A DNA stretch of 64,000 nucleotides, taken from an uncultured Microthrixaceae bacterium (GTDB lineage: Bacteria; Actinomycetota; Acidimicrobiia; Acidimicrobiales; DATDAH01). How positions within the stretch are numbered: position 1 is the stretch's first letter; every line of letters starts with the position of its first letter. Below, piece after piece: positions 27,530-37,296 of the stretch. The notes beneath the pieces are model-generated. The model was not told the origin of the DNA. It made no database searches and worked only from the letters and a program-made list of their open reading frames with translations. The DNA lies in the NCBI GenBank assembly GCA_963792205.1, contig CAWBVI010000004.1, forward strand, positions 629,634 to 693,633. The letters are read 5' to 3'. Position numbers and translations under genes: made by a program.

Positions 27530-27620
27530 GGCTTCCCCCCGGTCACCAGAGTTTCCTACTGGCGTTCACTATCGCACGGATCAAGCGGGTCGTTTACGGC
27601 GGCGGGTGCATGATGCTGCG

Positions 27621-29615
27621 GTGACCGAGTACCCGTTGTTGCTCTCGCCGCTCACGGTCGGTCCGGTGACCCTGCGCAACCGGGTGGTGATGGGGGCGCA
27701 CTTCACGATGTTCACCGAGCCGACCGCGGCGGGCGAGCCCGGTTATTACGGCGAGCGGACCGGTCGGTACCTGGCCGACCGGGCCCGCGGCGGGGTCGCC
27801 GCGGTGATCTGCGGACAGGCCGCCGTGCACCCGACCACCGCCTACCAGATGCCCAACAACGCGGCGGCGTGGCGGCCGGAGGCGGTGCCCCACTTCCGGC
27901 GGGTGACCGAGCAGGTGCACGAGCACGACGCCGCCGCCTTCCTGCAACTGGCCCACAACGGTGGGGTGAACCGGGGCAACTGGTCGAAGCTGCCGGTCCT
28001 CGCCCCGTCGGTCATCGCCGACTACGACGAGCCCGCCGTCGCCCTCGGCGAGGCGGGCATCGCCGAGCTGGTCGACGCCTTCGCCACCTCGGCGGCCAAC
28101 GCCGCGGCGGGGGGCTTCGACGGCGTCGAGGTCCACGGGGCCCACGGCTACCTGATCCACGAGTTCCTCTCCCCCAAGACCAACCTGCGCGACGACCGCT
28201 ACGGCGGCTCCCTCGAGAACCGGATGCGCTTCGGCGCCGAGGTCCTGGCCGCGGTGCGGGCCGCGGTCGGCCCGTCGGTCGCCGTGGGCCTTCGCCTCGT
28301 CGGGGACGAGGAGCAGTGGGACGGGACCGGGCTGAGCGCGGACGACGCGGCCGAGATCGGCGCCGGGTACGAGGCGATGGGGCTGGTCGACTTCCTCAAC
28401 GTGTCGGTCGGGACCTCGGGGATGGGGATGGTGCGGACCAACTACGCCCGGCCGGGCCTCGGGGTGCCGGCGGCGGCGGCAGTGCGGGCGGCGGTGTCGT
28501 CCACGCCGGTGTTCGCCGTCCACCGCATCCTCGACCCCGACCAGGCCGAGGCCATCCTGAGCGACGGTGGGGCCGACGGCATCTGCCTCGTCCGGGCCCT
28601 CATCGCCGATCCCGACTGGGTCGAGAAGGCGGCGACCGGGCGGGCGGGCGAGATCCGGCGCTGCACCGGGTCGAACCAGTCCTGCTACGGGAACCTGCTG
28701 AACGGCATGCCGGTGTCGTGCGTGCAGAACCCTGCCGTGGGGCGGGAGGCGGAGCTCGGGGCGGGCACGCTGAGCCCGGCCGAGGTCGCCAAGCGGGTGG
28801 TGGTCGTCGGCGGCGGGCCGGCGGGCCTGGAAGCGGCCTGGGTGGCCGCCGCTCGGGGCCACGACGTCGTGCTGCTCGAGCGGGACGAGGCGCTGGGGGG
28901 CCGGATCCGGCTGGCGGCCGCCCTCCCCGGACGGTCCGAGATGGCCGCCGTCGCCGAGTGGCGGATCGGCGAGTGCCGGCGCCGGGGCGTGGACCTGCGG
29001 GTCGGCGTCGACGCCGACGTCGACGCGGTGTTGGCGCTGGGCCCCGACGCCGTCGTCGTGGCCACCGGCGGCCTGGCCGACAAGGGCGTGAAGGCGAAGT
29101 ACCACCCCACACCCGTGCCCGGCCAGGACCAGGACTGGGTGCTCGACCACGTCGACGCCATCGAGCGGGCGCTGGCGGGTGAGTTGACGGGACGGGTCGT
29201 GGTGCTCGACGCCGTCGGCCACATCGAGGCCATCGGGCTGGGCGAGCTCCTGGGCCGCCAGGACGTCGACGTCACGGTCGTCACCGCGCTGTCGGCGCCG
29301 ATCTCGCTCGACCCCGAGACCCAGCAGGCCGCGCTCCCCCGCGCCGTCCGGGCCGGGATGGTGTGGCGGCCCAACACCGTGCTGGGTGCGATCGGCGACC
29401 ACGAGGTGACCCTGGTCGACGCCTTGTCCCACGCCATCGAGCCGGTCGCCGGGGTCGACTGGGTCGTGATCCGCACCCACGGCCGCCCCGACGACGCCCT
29501 GGTCGGCGAGCTGACGGGCCGGGTCCCCGAGGTCGTGGCCGTGGGCGACGCCGTCGCCGTCCGCCCCGCCGACCGCGCCATCTGGGACGGCCACCAAGCC
29601 GCCCGCACCCTCTAG
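27621..29615 (+). CDS. NADH:flavin oxidoreductase (OYE family) fused to an FAD/NAD(P)-binding domain, 2,4-dienoyl-CoA-reductase-like
   Basis: GTG at 27621 (alternative 27606). OYE-like LRNRVVMGAHFT, GFDGVEVHGAHGYLIHEFLSP. Cys cluster RCTGSNQSCYGN...VSCVQN. Rossmann VVVVGGGPAGLEAAWVAAARGHDVVLLE. Confidence 0.85.
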   Translation: MTEYPLLLSPLTVGPVTLRNRVVMGAHFTMFTEPTAAGEPGYYGERTGRYLADRARGGVAAVICGQAAVHPTTAYQMPNNAAAWRPEAVPHFRRVTEQVHEHDAAAFLQLAHNGGVNRGNWSKLPVLAPSVIADYDEPAVALGEAGIAELVDAFATSAANAAAGGFDGVEVHGAHGYLIHEFLSPKTNLRDDRYGGSLENRMRFGAEVLAAVRAAVGPSVAVGLRLVGDEEQWDGTGLSADDAAEIGAGYEAMGLVDFLNVSVGTSGMGMVRTNYARPGLGVPAAAAVRAAVSSTPVFAVHRILDPDQAEAILSDGGADGICLVRALIADPDWVEKAATGRAGEIRRCTGSNQSCYGNLLNGMPVSCVQNPAVGREAELGAGTLSPAEVAKRVVVVGGGPAGLEAAWVAAARGHDVVLLERDEALGGRIRLAAALPGRSEMAAVAEWRIGECRRRGVDLRVGVDADVDAVLALGPDAVVVATGGLADKGVKAKYHPTPVPGQDQDWVLDHVDAIERALAGELTGRVVVLDAVGHIEAIGLGELLGRQDVDVTVVTALSAPISLDPETQQAALPRAVRAGMVWRPNTVLGAIGDHEVTLVDALSHAIEPVAGVDWVVIRTHGRPDDALVGELTGRVPEVVAVGDAVAVRPADRAIWDGHQAARTL

Positions 29616-29621
29616 CGACAA

Positions 29622-29674
29622 CCGTTCTGGGTACTCAGGTTTGTCGAGGACACAAGCCCGAGTACCCAGAACCG
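29622..29674. repeat. family-A palindromic repeat, copy A2
   Basis: CCGTTCTGGGTACTCAGGTTTGTCGAGGACACAAGCCCGAGTACCCAGAACCG, with outer arms GTTCTGGGTACTC/GAGTACCCAGAAC. It starts 7 nt after the stop at 29615. Confidence 0.9.
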
Positions 29675-29682
29675 CAACCCGA

Positions 29683-29735
29683 CCGTTCCGGGTACTGAGG
29701 CTTGTCGAGGACACAAGCCGGAGTACCCAGAACCG
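29683..29735. repeat. family-A palindromic repeat, copy A3 (tandem to A2)
   Basis: CCGTTCCGGGTACTGAGGCTTGTCGAGGACACAAGCCGGAGTACCCAGAACCG. 49 of 53 positions are identical to A2, and an inner stem GGCTTGT/ACAAGCC is present. It lies 15 nt before the convergent stop at 29750. Confidence 0.9.
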
Positions 29736-29749
29736 AGATGGCCTAGGGG

Positions 29750-30667
29750 TCAGGCGGGGGTGGCGAGCGGGGTGAGGCGGCGGGCGACGTCTTGGCAGGC
29801 GGCGAGGAGGGGGGCGGCGAAGGCGGGCTTCATGCAGGCGATGTGACCTTCGGCGAGCTCGTGGACGGTGGCGCCGGGGATGGCCTCGGCCATCTGGAGC
29901 TGGCGGTCGGGGACGATGGCCCGGTCCTCGGTGGTCACCAGGATCGACGTGGGCACGTCGACCTCGCCGATCCAGCGCTTGGCCGTGTAGCTGCCGATGG
30001 CCCCGCCGGCCTCCATCACCACCCGCCAGTCGTGGCGCCGCATCTCGGCCGACGCCCAGCGCTGCAGCGAGCTCGGGCGACCCCCGCCCTGGGAGGCGGC
30101 GGCCACGACCGGCAGCTGGCGCACCCACTGCGACGGGATCTGGCTGGCCCAGGCCCCCACCCGGGTCGTCCCGGCGAGGGCGGCCATCGAGGTGGTGAAG
30201 ACGAGCCGATCGCGCACCACGGGCACGAACCCCGCCGCCGTCGCGCACATGACCAGGCCGGCCACCTGCTCCCGGTGTCGCTGCCAGAGGAGCTGGGCCA
30301 CCGGTCCGCCCATCGAGTACCCGACGGCGATCACCGGGCCCTCGCCCAGCTCGTCGAGCAGCGCGGCGGCGTCGTCGGCGCAGTCGGCCAAGCGGAACCG
30401 GCGCCAGGTCCGCAGCCCCCGGCCGTGTCCCCGGAGGTCCACGGCCAGGACCCGGAAGTGCTCGCTCAGGGCGTCGTAGGCCTGGAACCAGTTGAGCCCG
30501 GCGCTGGCGATCCAGCCGTGGAGCAGGAGCACCGTGGGAGCAGCCGGCGTCGGGCCCACGACCTCGCGGACGAAGGTGATCCCCCGCCCGGGGAGCTCGA
30601 CCCGCCGCCCGTACGGGAGCGGCGGCCCGGCCGCGACCTCGTCGCGGTTGTGGCCCACGACCCTCAA
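29750..30667 (-). CDS. alpha/beta hydrolase
   Basis: 305 aa. PTVLLLHGWIASAGLNW, nucleophile elbow GYSMGG, C-terminal His region LAEGHIACM. Confidence 0.85.
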   Translation of the reverse strand: MRVVGHNRDEVAAGPPLPYGRRVELPGRGITFVREVVGPTPAAPTVLLLHGWIASAGLNWFQAYDALSEHFRVLAVDLRGHGRGLRTWRRFRLADCADDAAALLDELGEGPVIAVGYSMGGPVAQLLWQRHREQVAGLVMCATAAGFVPVVRDRLVFTTSMAALAGTTRVGAWASQIPSQWVRQLPVVAAASQGGGRPSSLQRWASAEMRRHDWRVVMEAGGAIGSYTAKRWIGEVDVPTSILVTTEDRAIVPDRQLQMAEAIPGATVHELAEGHIACMKPAFAAPLLAACQDVARRLTPLATPA

Positions 30668-30673
30668 CGGTAG

Positions 30674-31690
30674 CTAGCCGGCCAGCGCCGGGACGTGCTT
30701 CTCGTCGAGGTGGCCGGCGTCGACGAGCCACCGCACCGTGTCGGTCAGGGTCTCGACGGTCGGGCGCAGCTCGTGGCCGATCACCTCGAGAGCGAGGGCG
30801 TCCTCGCTCGGTTCCCACCGGGTCAGGTAGTCCATCCCCTCGCCGGTCAGGCTGAAGTCGACCGGCACCAGCCGCATGAGCTGGTCGTTGAACCGGCCGA
30901 TGCCCCGGAGCAGGCCGGCGGACATCGGGATGCGCCGGACCTTCCGGCCCCCGATCTCGGTCAGCATCCGGTTGAGGGCGTCGGTCGAAAGCGTGCGGCC
31001 CCCCAGCACCAGCCGGGGCGGGAGCGGCTCGGGGCCGAACGCGGCCACGAACAGGTCGGCCACGTCCCGCACGTCGACGATCGACCACCCCCCGCCGTCG
31101 ATGATCGGTGTCCCGGTGCGGTAGTTGGTCACGATCGCCCCGTGGCCCGCCCCGAAGTTCGGGTCGTGGGGGCCGAGCACGCCACCCGGGTAGATGATCG
31201 TCACCGGCGCCCCGTCGTCCTGCAGGCTGCGCACGTAGCGCTCGGCGTCCGCCTTCGAGCGGCCGTAGGCGCTCGCCGGGTCGGCGACCTCGGTGTCGGG
31301 GGTGACCCGGGGCGAGTCGGGGGAGAACAACGCGCTCACCGACGAGGTGTGCACGATGCGCGCGAGCCCAGCCGACACCGCCCCGCCGATCACGTGCCGG
31401 GTCCCGGCCTCGTTGGTCGCCAGCACCTCGTCGGCGCGGCGGCGGCTCACCGCCACGACCGCGGCGGCATGGAGCACGCCGTCACACCCCGCCAGGGCCG
31501 CGCTCACCGACACCGCGTCGGTGATGTCCCCCTGCACGACGTCGGTGGGGCGCACCCCGTGGGGCGCGAAGACGGCGTCCACCTTCGCCGGGTCCCGGGC
31601 CAGGAGTCGGACCTCGTGGCCGGCGTCCAACAGGGCCACGGTCGCGAACGACCCGATGAACCCCGTCCCGCCCGTCACCAGGATGTGCAC
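30674..31690 (-). CDS. NAD-dependent epimerase/dehydratase (extended SDR)
   Basis: VHILVTGGTGFIGS Rossmann motif at the N-terminus when started at GTG 31690. An ATG at 31717 is possible, but its codon would overlap the divergent gene's ATG. Confidence 0.8.
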   Translation of the reverse strand: MHILVTGGTGFIGSFATVALLDAGHEVRLLARDPAKVDAVFAPHGVRPTDVVQGDITDAVSVSAALAGCDGVLHAAAVVAVSRRRADEVLATNEAGTRHVIGGAVSAGLARIVHTSSVSALFSPDSPRVTPDTEVADPASAYGRSKADAERYVRSLQDDGAPVTIIYPGGVLGPHDPNFGAGHGAIVTNYRTGTPIIDGGGWSIVDVRDVADLFVAAFGPEPLPPRLVLGGRTLSTDALNRMLTEIGGRKVRRIPMSAGLLRGIGRFNDQLMRLVPVDFSLTGEGMDYLTRWEPSEDALALEVIGHELRPTVETLTDTVRWLVDAGHLDEKHVPALAG

Positions 31691-31715
31691 CGCCGCGGAC
31701 GGTAGCTTCCGCGCC

Positions 31716-32857
31716 ATGCCCGAGCGCCCCGACCCCGAACGCCTCGCCGACCTCGTCGCCCGGGCCCGCCGCGAGGTGGACGACGGCACCCTCCCGGCCT
31801 GCCAGCTCGCCGTGGCCCAGCACGGCGAGGTCGTGCTCGACGAGACGCATCGGCGCGCCGCCCGGGAGCCGCTTCCACGGCTACTCGTCGGGCAAGGTCG
31901 TCGTCGCCGGTGCCGTCTGGCTGCTGCTCGGGGAGGGGAAGCTGCGGCTCGAGGACCGGGTGGCCGCCCACGTGCCCGAGTTCGCGGCGAACGGCAAGGA
32001 GGCCATCACCGTCGAGCAGGTCCTGCTCCACACCAGCGGCTTCCCGACGAGCGCCCTTCGCCCCCCTCGACTGGGAGGATCCCGACATCCGCCGCGCCCG
32101 CTTCGCCTCCTGGCGGACCAACTGGGAGCCCGGCACCCGCTTCGAGTACCACCCGACCTCGGCCCACTGGGTGCTGGCCGAGCTCATCGAGCGGGCCACC
32201 GGGTCCGACTGGCGGGCCTTCGTGACCGAGCGCCTGCTCGACCCGCTCGGCCTCCACCACCTCCGCTTCGGCGTCGCCCCCGACGACCAGGGCGACGTGG
32301 TCGACGTCGAGCTGGTCGGCGAGCCCCCGACCGCCGAGGAGCTCGAGGCGCTGACCGGCGTCGCCGGGCTCAGCCTGGCCGACTATCAGGGCGAGGTGAC
32401 CGACGACGCCCTGGTCAGCTTCAACCGCCCGGAGGTGCGGGCCGTGGGGGTGCCCGGCGGCGGGATCATCACCACGGCCGCCGACCTCGCCCTCTACTAC
32501 CAGGCGCTCATCGACGACAGACAGGGCCTCTGGGACCCCGCCGTCCTGGCCGACGCCACCGGCCAGGTCCGGTGCACGTTCGCCGATCCGATGACGTCGG
32601 CCCCCGCCAACCGGTCCATCGGCGTGGTCATCCGGGGCGACGACGACAAGATCGCCTTCCGGGGCATGGGTCGCACCGTCTCCGCCCGGGCCTTCGGCCA
32701 CAACGGCGCCGGTGGTCAGGTCGCCTGGGGCGACCCCGAGACCGGGCTGTCCTTCGCGTACCTGACCAGCGGCCTCGATCGCCACCCCCTGGCATCCGGG
32801 CGCCGCGGTGCGGCGCTGGCCAACCGGGCTGGGGCCCTCGCCGAATCGACGGAGTAG
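31716..32857 (+). pseudogene. serine hydrolase (beta-lactamase/esterase family) interrupted by two +1 frame changes
   Basis: MPERPDPERLADLV...GEVVLDET is in frame 0. IGAPPGSRFHGYSSGKVVVAGAVWLLLGEGKL...LLHTSGFPTS (the SxxK motif) is in frame 1. APFAPLDWEDPD...EYHPTSAHWVLAELIE... is in frame 2 through to 32857. The junctions are near 31845-31851 and 32047-32052. Confidence 0.8.
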
Positions 32858-32896
32858 GTTCGACGCCGGCGACGGCACGCCCAGCACGGAGGACGC

Positions 32897-34310
32897 ATGG
32901 AACGGCTGTCGGGGATGGACGCGTCCTTCCTCTACACCGAGACCCCCACCGGTCACATGCACGTGACCGGCGTCATCGTGATCGACGCCGCCCGCATGGC
33001 CGGGGGCTACCGCTTCGAGCGCCTGGTCGAGGTGATCGAGGAGCGGTTGCACCGCCTGCAGCCCTTCCGCCGGCGGCTCGTCGAGGTCCCCCTGAGCTTC
33101 GACCACCCCGTGTGGATCGAGGACCCCGACTTCGACATCACGAACCACATGCACCGGGTCACCTGGCCCGCACCGGGCGGCTTTCCCGAGCTGGCCCAAC
33201 TCGTCGGGGACCTCATGTCCCGACCGCTCGACCGGCAGCGGCCGCTGTGGGAGATGTGGGTCGCCGAAGGCGGGGCCGAGGCGGCGCGTCGCCCTCATCT
33301 CCAAGATCCACCACTCGGCCATCGACGGGGTGACCGGCGCCGACCTGATGAGCCAGCTCTTCGACTTCGAGCCCGAGGCGCCCCCCGTCGAGCCGCCGGA
33401 CGAGCCCTGGGTCCCCGAGCCGATCCCGAGCGACACCCAGCTGCTCGTCGACGCCGTCGCCGCCCGCATCCGCGACCCGCTGCGGGGTGCCCGCGCCGCC
33501 CGGCGGACGTTCAACTCCCTCACCAGCGTGGTGGGCACGGTGGTGAACCGGGGAGACGAGCGCACCCCGGCCATGCCGTTCACCGGGCCCCGCACCCTCT
33601 TCACCGGTTCGCTCAGCCCGGACCGGGCCGTGGCCTTCGGCAAGGCCGACCTCGAGGACCTCAAGGCCGTGAAGAACGTCTACGGCACCAAGCTCAACGA
33701 CGTCGTGCTGGCCACGTGCTCGATGGCCCTGCGGAGCTACCTCGAGGCCCACGACGAGGTGCCGGACAAGCCGTTGCTGATCATGTGCCCGGTGTCGACC
33801 CACGGCCAGGGTGGGGTGGGGACCAACCAGGTCAGCTCGATGGCCGTGCGCCTCCCGGTCCACATGGACGACCCGGTCGACCAGCTGCTCGAGATCTACG
33901 AGGACACCAAGGTGGCCAAGGAGATGCAGAGCGCGCTGGGCGCCGACATGTTGAGCGACATCACCCAGTTCGCCCCGCCGGTCCTGTTCAACCAGGCCAT
34001 GCGCCTCTACACCCGCAGTGGCCTGGCCGACCGGCACGCCCCGGTGCAGAACGGCGTGATCTCCAACGTGCCCGGCCCGCCCATCCCCATGTGGGTGGCC
34101 GGGGCCCCGGTGATCGCCGTCTACCCGCTCGGACCCCTGATCGAGGGGGCGGGGCTGAACATCACGGTCATCTCCAACATGGGCCGGATGGACATCGGCA
34201 TCGTGGCCGACCGGGCGCTGGCCGCCGACATCTGGTCGCTGGCCGAGCACTGGGAGAACGCGGTACGCGAGCTCTGCAGCCGGGCCGTCGCCGAGCGCGA
34301 CGCGGGCTGA
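32897..34310 (+). pseudogene. wax ester synthase/diacylglycerol acyltransferase (WS/DGAT) with one +1 frame change
   Basis: The N-terminus MERLSGMDASFLY...RPLWEMWVAEG is in frame 2. RVALISKIHHSAIDGVTGADLM (active-site HHxxxDG at 33309-33329) and the rest are in frame 0. The junction is near 33275-33287. Confidence 0.85.
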
Positions 34311-34329
34311 GCCCGACCGCCGATCTGGT

Positions 34330-35557
34330 TCAGGGACTCAGGCCGAAGCGCTCCAGCCCGTAGGCCTCGATGGCGTTGCCCCGCAGGACGGCGTGGCACT
34401 CCTCGGCGTCCATGCCCGCGGCCACGAAGAGGTCGTGGGCCACCTTCCGGGAGTGGGGGAACGTGCCGTCGGAGTGCGGGAAGTCGGTCTCGAAGAGGAT
34501 CTGGTGCAGGCCCACGTCATGGCGGCACTTCAGCCCGTGCAGGTCGTCGAACACGCAGCCGTAGACCCGATCCCGCACCTGCTCGCTGGGGAGCACCGGC
34601 CCGCCGACACCGCCCCGGCCGTCCTGCCACACGGCGTCCATGCGCTCGAGCTGGAAGGGCATCCACCCGACCTGACTCTCGGCGTAGGCGATCTTCAGGT
34701 CGGGATGGCGCTCGAGCGTGCCCGAGAAGACCCAGTCGGCCAGCGAGCCCTGGGCGTTCTGGGCGTAGAGCGACATCGAGGTGGCCAGCGGCGCGTCCTT
34801 CGACGTGGTGGGCATCGACGACGACGAGCCGATGTGCATCGACACGGTGGTGGCGGTCTCCACGCACGCCGTCCAGAGCACGTCCCACTCGCCGGAGTAC
34901 ATGGACGGCAGGTCGAGCTTGGCGGGGTTCTCGGTGAAGGCGACGGCGTGGCTGCCCTTGGCGGCGCAGCGCCGGACCTCGTCGGCGGCCAGGGCCGGGT
35001 CCCAGAGGGGGACGAGGGTCAACGGGATGAGCCGGCCCCTGCCGGCCCCGGCGCACCACTCGTCGACCATCCAGTCGTTGTAGATGCGCAGGCAGGCGAG
35101 GGCGAGGTCCTTGTCGTCGCGCTCGAGGAAGCCCTGGCCGGCGAAGCGGGGGAACACGTTCGGGAAGTTGATGGCCGCTTCGACGTGGTTGAGGGTCATG
35201 TCGGCCAGCCGCTCGGCCTGGTCCCAGGTGCCGGGGCGGAAGTCGTCGTAGGTGGCCGGCACGTTGCGCTGCTCCTCCCGGCGGCATGCCCGCGGGGGCG
35301 TGCAACAGGCCGGTGGGCACGACCAGGTCGTCGAAGAGCCACAGGTCGCACCACGTGCCGTCGGGGTCGTTGCGGGAGAACCCGTAGTGCCCACCGGTGA
35401 ACTCCAGCTTCACCTTCTCGGTCACGACACGGGGGCCACGGTCACGCAGCGACTCGGGCAGCTCGCGCTGCCAGAGGTCCTTCGGCTCCATGACGTGGTC
35501 GTCGACGGAGATGATGAGCGGCAGGTCCGCCTCGGCCGGGGTCACGACGTCGGTCAC
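34330..35557 (-). pseudogene. amidohydrolase-2 family metal-dependent hydrolase with one frame change
   Basis: The N-terminus MTDVVTPAEADLPLIISVDDHVMEP...LLHAPAGMP is in one frame (track ORF 34517..35557). EEQRNVPATYDDF...FETDFPHSDG... is in the next (track ORF 34330..35394). The junction is near 35276-35283. Confidence 0.8.
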
Positions 35558-35561
35558 GGGC

Positions 35562-36089
35562 TCAATCCTTGCCGGTCGCGCCGGCGCTGAACACCGCGCG
35601 GAGGTCCTCGAGGCCCGCGGGGAGCTCGATGGGCGGGTCGGGCAGCGGGGTCACGCCGTGCTCAGCCAGCGCCCGCGCCATCGCCTCGGGCTCGTCGCTC
35701 CACGACCGCGGGTCGCCCATCATCACCTCATAGCAGCGCACGCCATCGGGGCCGGCGACGAAGGGGCCGAAGGCGGCGCCGTGCGGCAGCTCGAGGTGCG
35801 AGCCGGGCCCGCACACCACGCCGTCACACGTGAAGGAGCCGTCGAGGACCGTGATCGTGTGGGGGCTGTGGTGGCCGTGGCGGCGCACGATCATCCCCGG
35901 GTCCCACCGGGCGAAGAGGGCGAGGTAGAGCGGCTCGACCGAGAAGGCCACCCACTTCTCCCACACGTGGGACTCGCTGCCGTCGGCGTTGCGCTGGCTG
36001 CGCACGGCGATCCAGGGGACCTCGTCACCGTCCACCTGGGTGAGCCGGGGCTCGAGGCCCGGGATCCGGGGGTTGGCGGGGGCCGACAC
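35562..36089 (-). CDS. cupin-domain protein
   Basis: GTG at 36089. The His-rich cupin-like core MIVRRHGHHSPHTITVLDGSF. It lies 4 nt upstream of the amidohydrolase on the same strand. The upstream part of track ORF 35562..36659 is antisense to the BNR gene. Confidence 0.6.
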   Translation of the reverse strand: MSAPANPRIPGLEPRLTQVDGDEVPWIAVRSQRNADGSESHVWEKWVAFSVEPLYLALFARWDPGMIVRRHGHHSPHTITVLDGSFTCDGVVCGPGSHLELPHGAAFGPFVAGPDGVRCYEVMMGDPRSWSDEPEAMARALAEHGVTPLPDPPIELPAGLEDLRAVFSAGATGKD

Positions 36090-36170
36090 GGGGCCCAGTG
36101 TCCCATGCGCCCTGGGCGATGAGTTACGGGCGCCGAGCCGGTCGAAGTGGGCATGACTACCGTCGCGCCC

Positions 36171-37296
36171 ATGACCGACTCGACCGTGCTCCTGCTGGGC
36201 ACCCGGAAGGGGGCCTGGATCCTCTCCGGGGACGGTGACCGCGGCTCGTGGAGCGTCGACGGGCCCCACTTCCTCGGCCACATCATCCAGCACGCCGTGC
36301 TCGACCCCCGCGACGGGCGCACGCTGCTGCTCGCCGCCGCGACCGGCCACCTCGGACCGACCGTCTTCCGCTCGACCGACTTCGGCGCGACCTGGTCCGA
36401 GGCCACCGGGCCCCCGGCGTTCCGGACCGGCGAGCGCGCTGGCCCGCAGCCTGCGCAAGGTCTTCTGGCTCACGCCCGGCCATCCCGACGAGCCCGGCAC
36501 CTGGTACGCCGGCGGGAGCCCGCAGGGGCTGTTCCGCAGCGAGGACGGCGGCGACACGTGGGCGCCCGTCGACGGCTGGAACGACCACCCGATGTGGGAG
36601 ACCTGGTCCGAGTACCCCGAGGAGAACACCCCCGACGGCTCGATGCTGCACTCGGTCATCGTCGACCCCCGCGACCCGTCGCACCTCTACCTCGGCCTGT
36701 CCGCGGGCGGCATCTTCGAGAGCACGGACGGCGGGGCCGACTGGGCGACGCTCAACCAGGGCGTGGACGCCGTGTTCCTGCCCGAGCCCGACGCTGACTA
36801 CGGCCATGACCCGCACTGCCTGAGGATGCACCCCGCCGATCCCGACCGGCTGTACCACCAGAACCACTGCGGCATCTACCGGTTGGACCGCCCCGACACG
36901 AAGTGGCAGCGCATCGGTGAGAACATGCCTGCCGACGTGGGCGACATCGGCTTCCCGATCGAGTTGCACCCTCGGGACCCCGACACCGCGTGGGTCTTCC
37001 CGATGGACGGCACCGACGTCTGGCCGCGCACGAGCCCGGACGGGCACCCCGCCGCCTACGTCACCCGGGATGCCGGTTCGTCCTGGTCCCGCCTCGACCA
37101 GGGGTTGCCGGAGACCGCATGGTTCACCGTGAAGCGCCAGGCCATGACCACCGACGATTCCGACCCGGTCGGGGTGTACTTCGGGACCACGTGCGGCGAG
37201 GTGTGGGGCGCCACCGACGAGGGCGGGCCGTGGACCTCGATCGTGCAGCACCTGCCCGAGATCTACAGCCTGGAGTGCGGCCGGCCCGCGGGGTGA
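36171..37296 (+). pseudogene. cytoplasmic BNR/Asp-box repeat beta-propeller protein ('sialidase-like') with one +1 frame change
   Basis: Asp-boxes: STDFGATW, SEDGGDTW, STDGGADW, TRDAGSSW, ATDEGGPW. The N-terminus (MTDSTVLLLGTRKGAWIL...PAFRTGE) is in frame 0 and the remainder (ALARSLRKVFWLTPGHP...) in frame 1. The junction is near 36425-36435. Alternative starts are 36147 and 36153. No signal peptide. Confidence 0.75.

Noticed and set aside
29622-29735. Tandem palindromic repeats as a possible mini-CRISPR array.
   Set aside because: There are only two units with an 8-nt gap and no spacer of CRISPR length. The units are themselves long hairpins. No cas genes are present, and a third copy is isolated at 12463.
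31715-31717. ATG (reverse strand) at 31717 as the start of the epimerase gene.
   Set aside because: It would make the two divergent start codons overlap each other and would add a 9-residue Arg/Lys/Pro extension. GTG at 31690 gives the canonical (M)HILVTGGTGFIGS Rossmann N-terminus. The call is kept as an alternative only.
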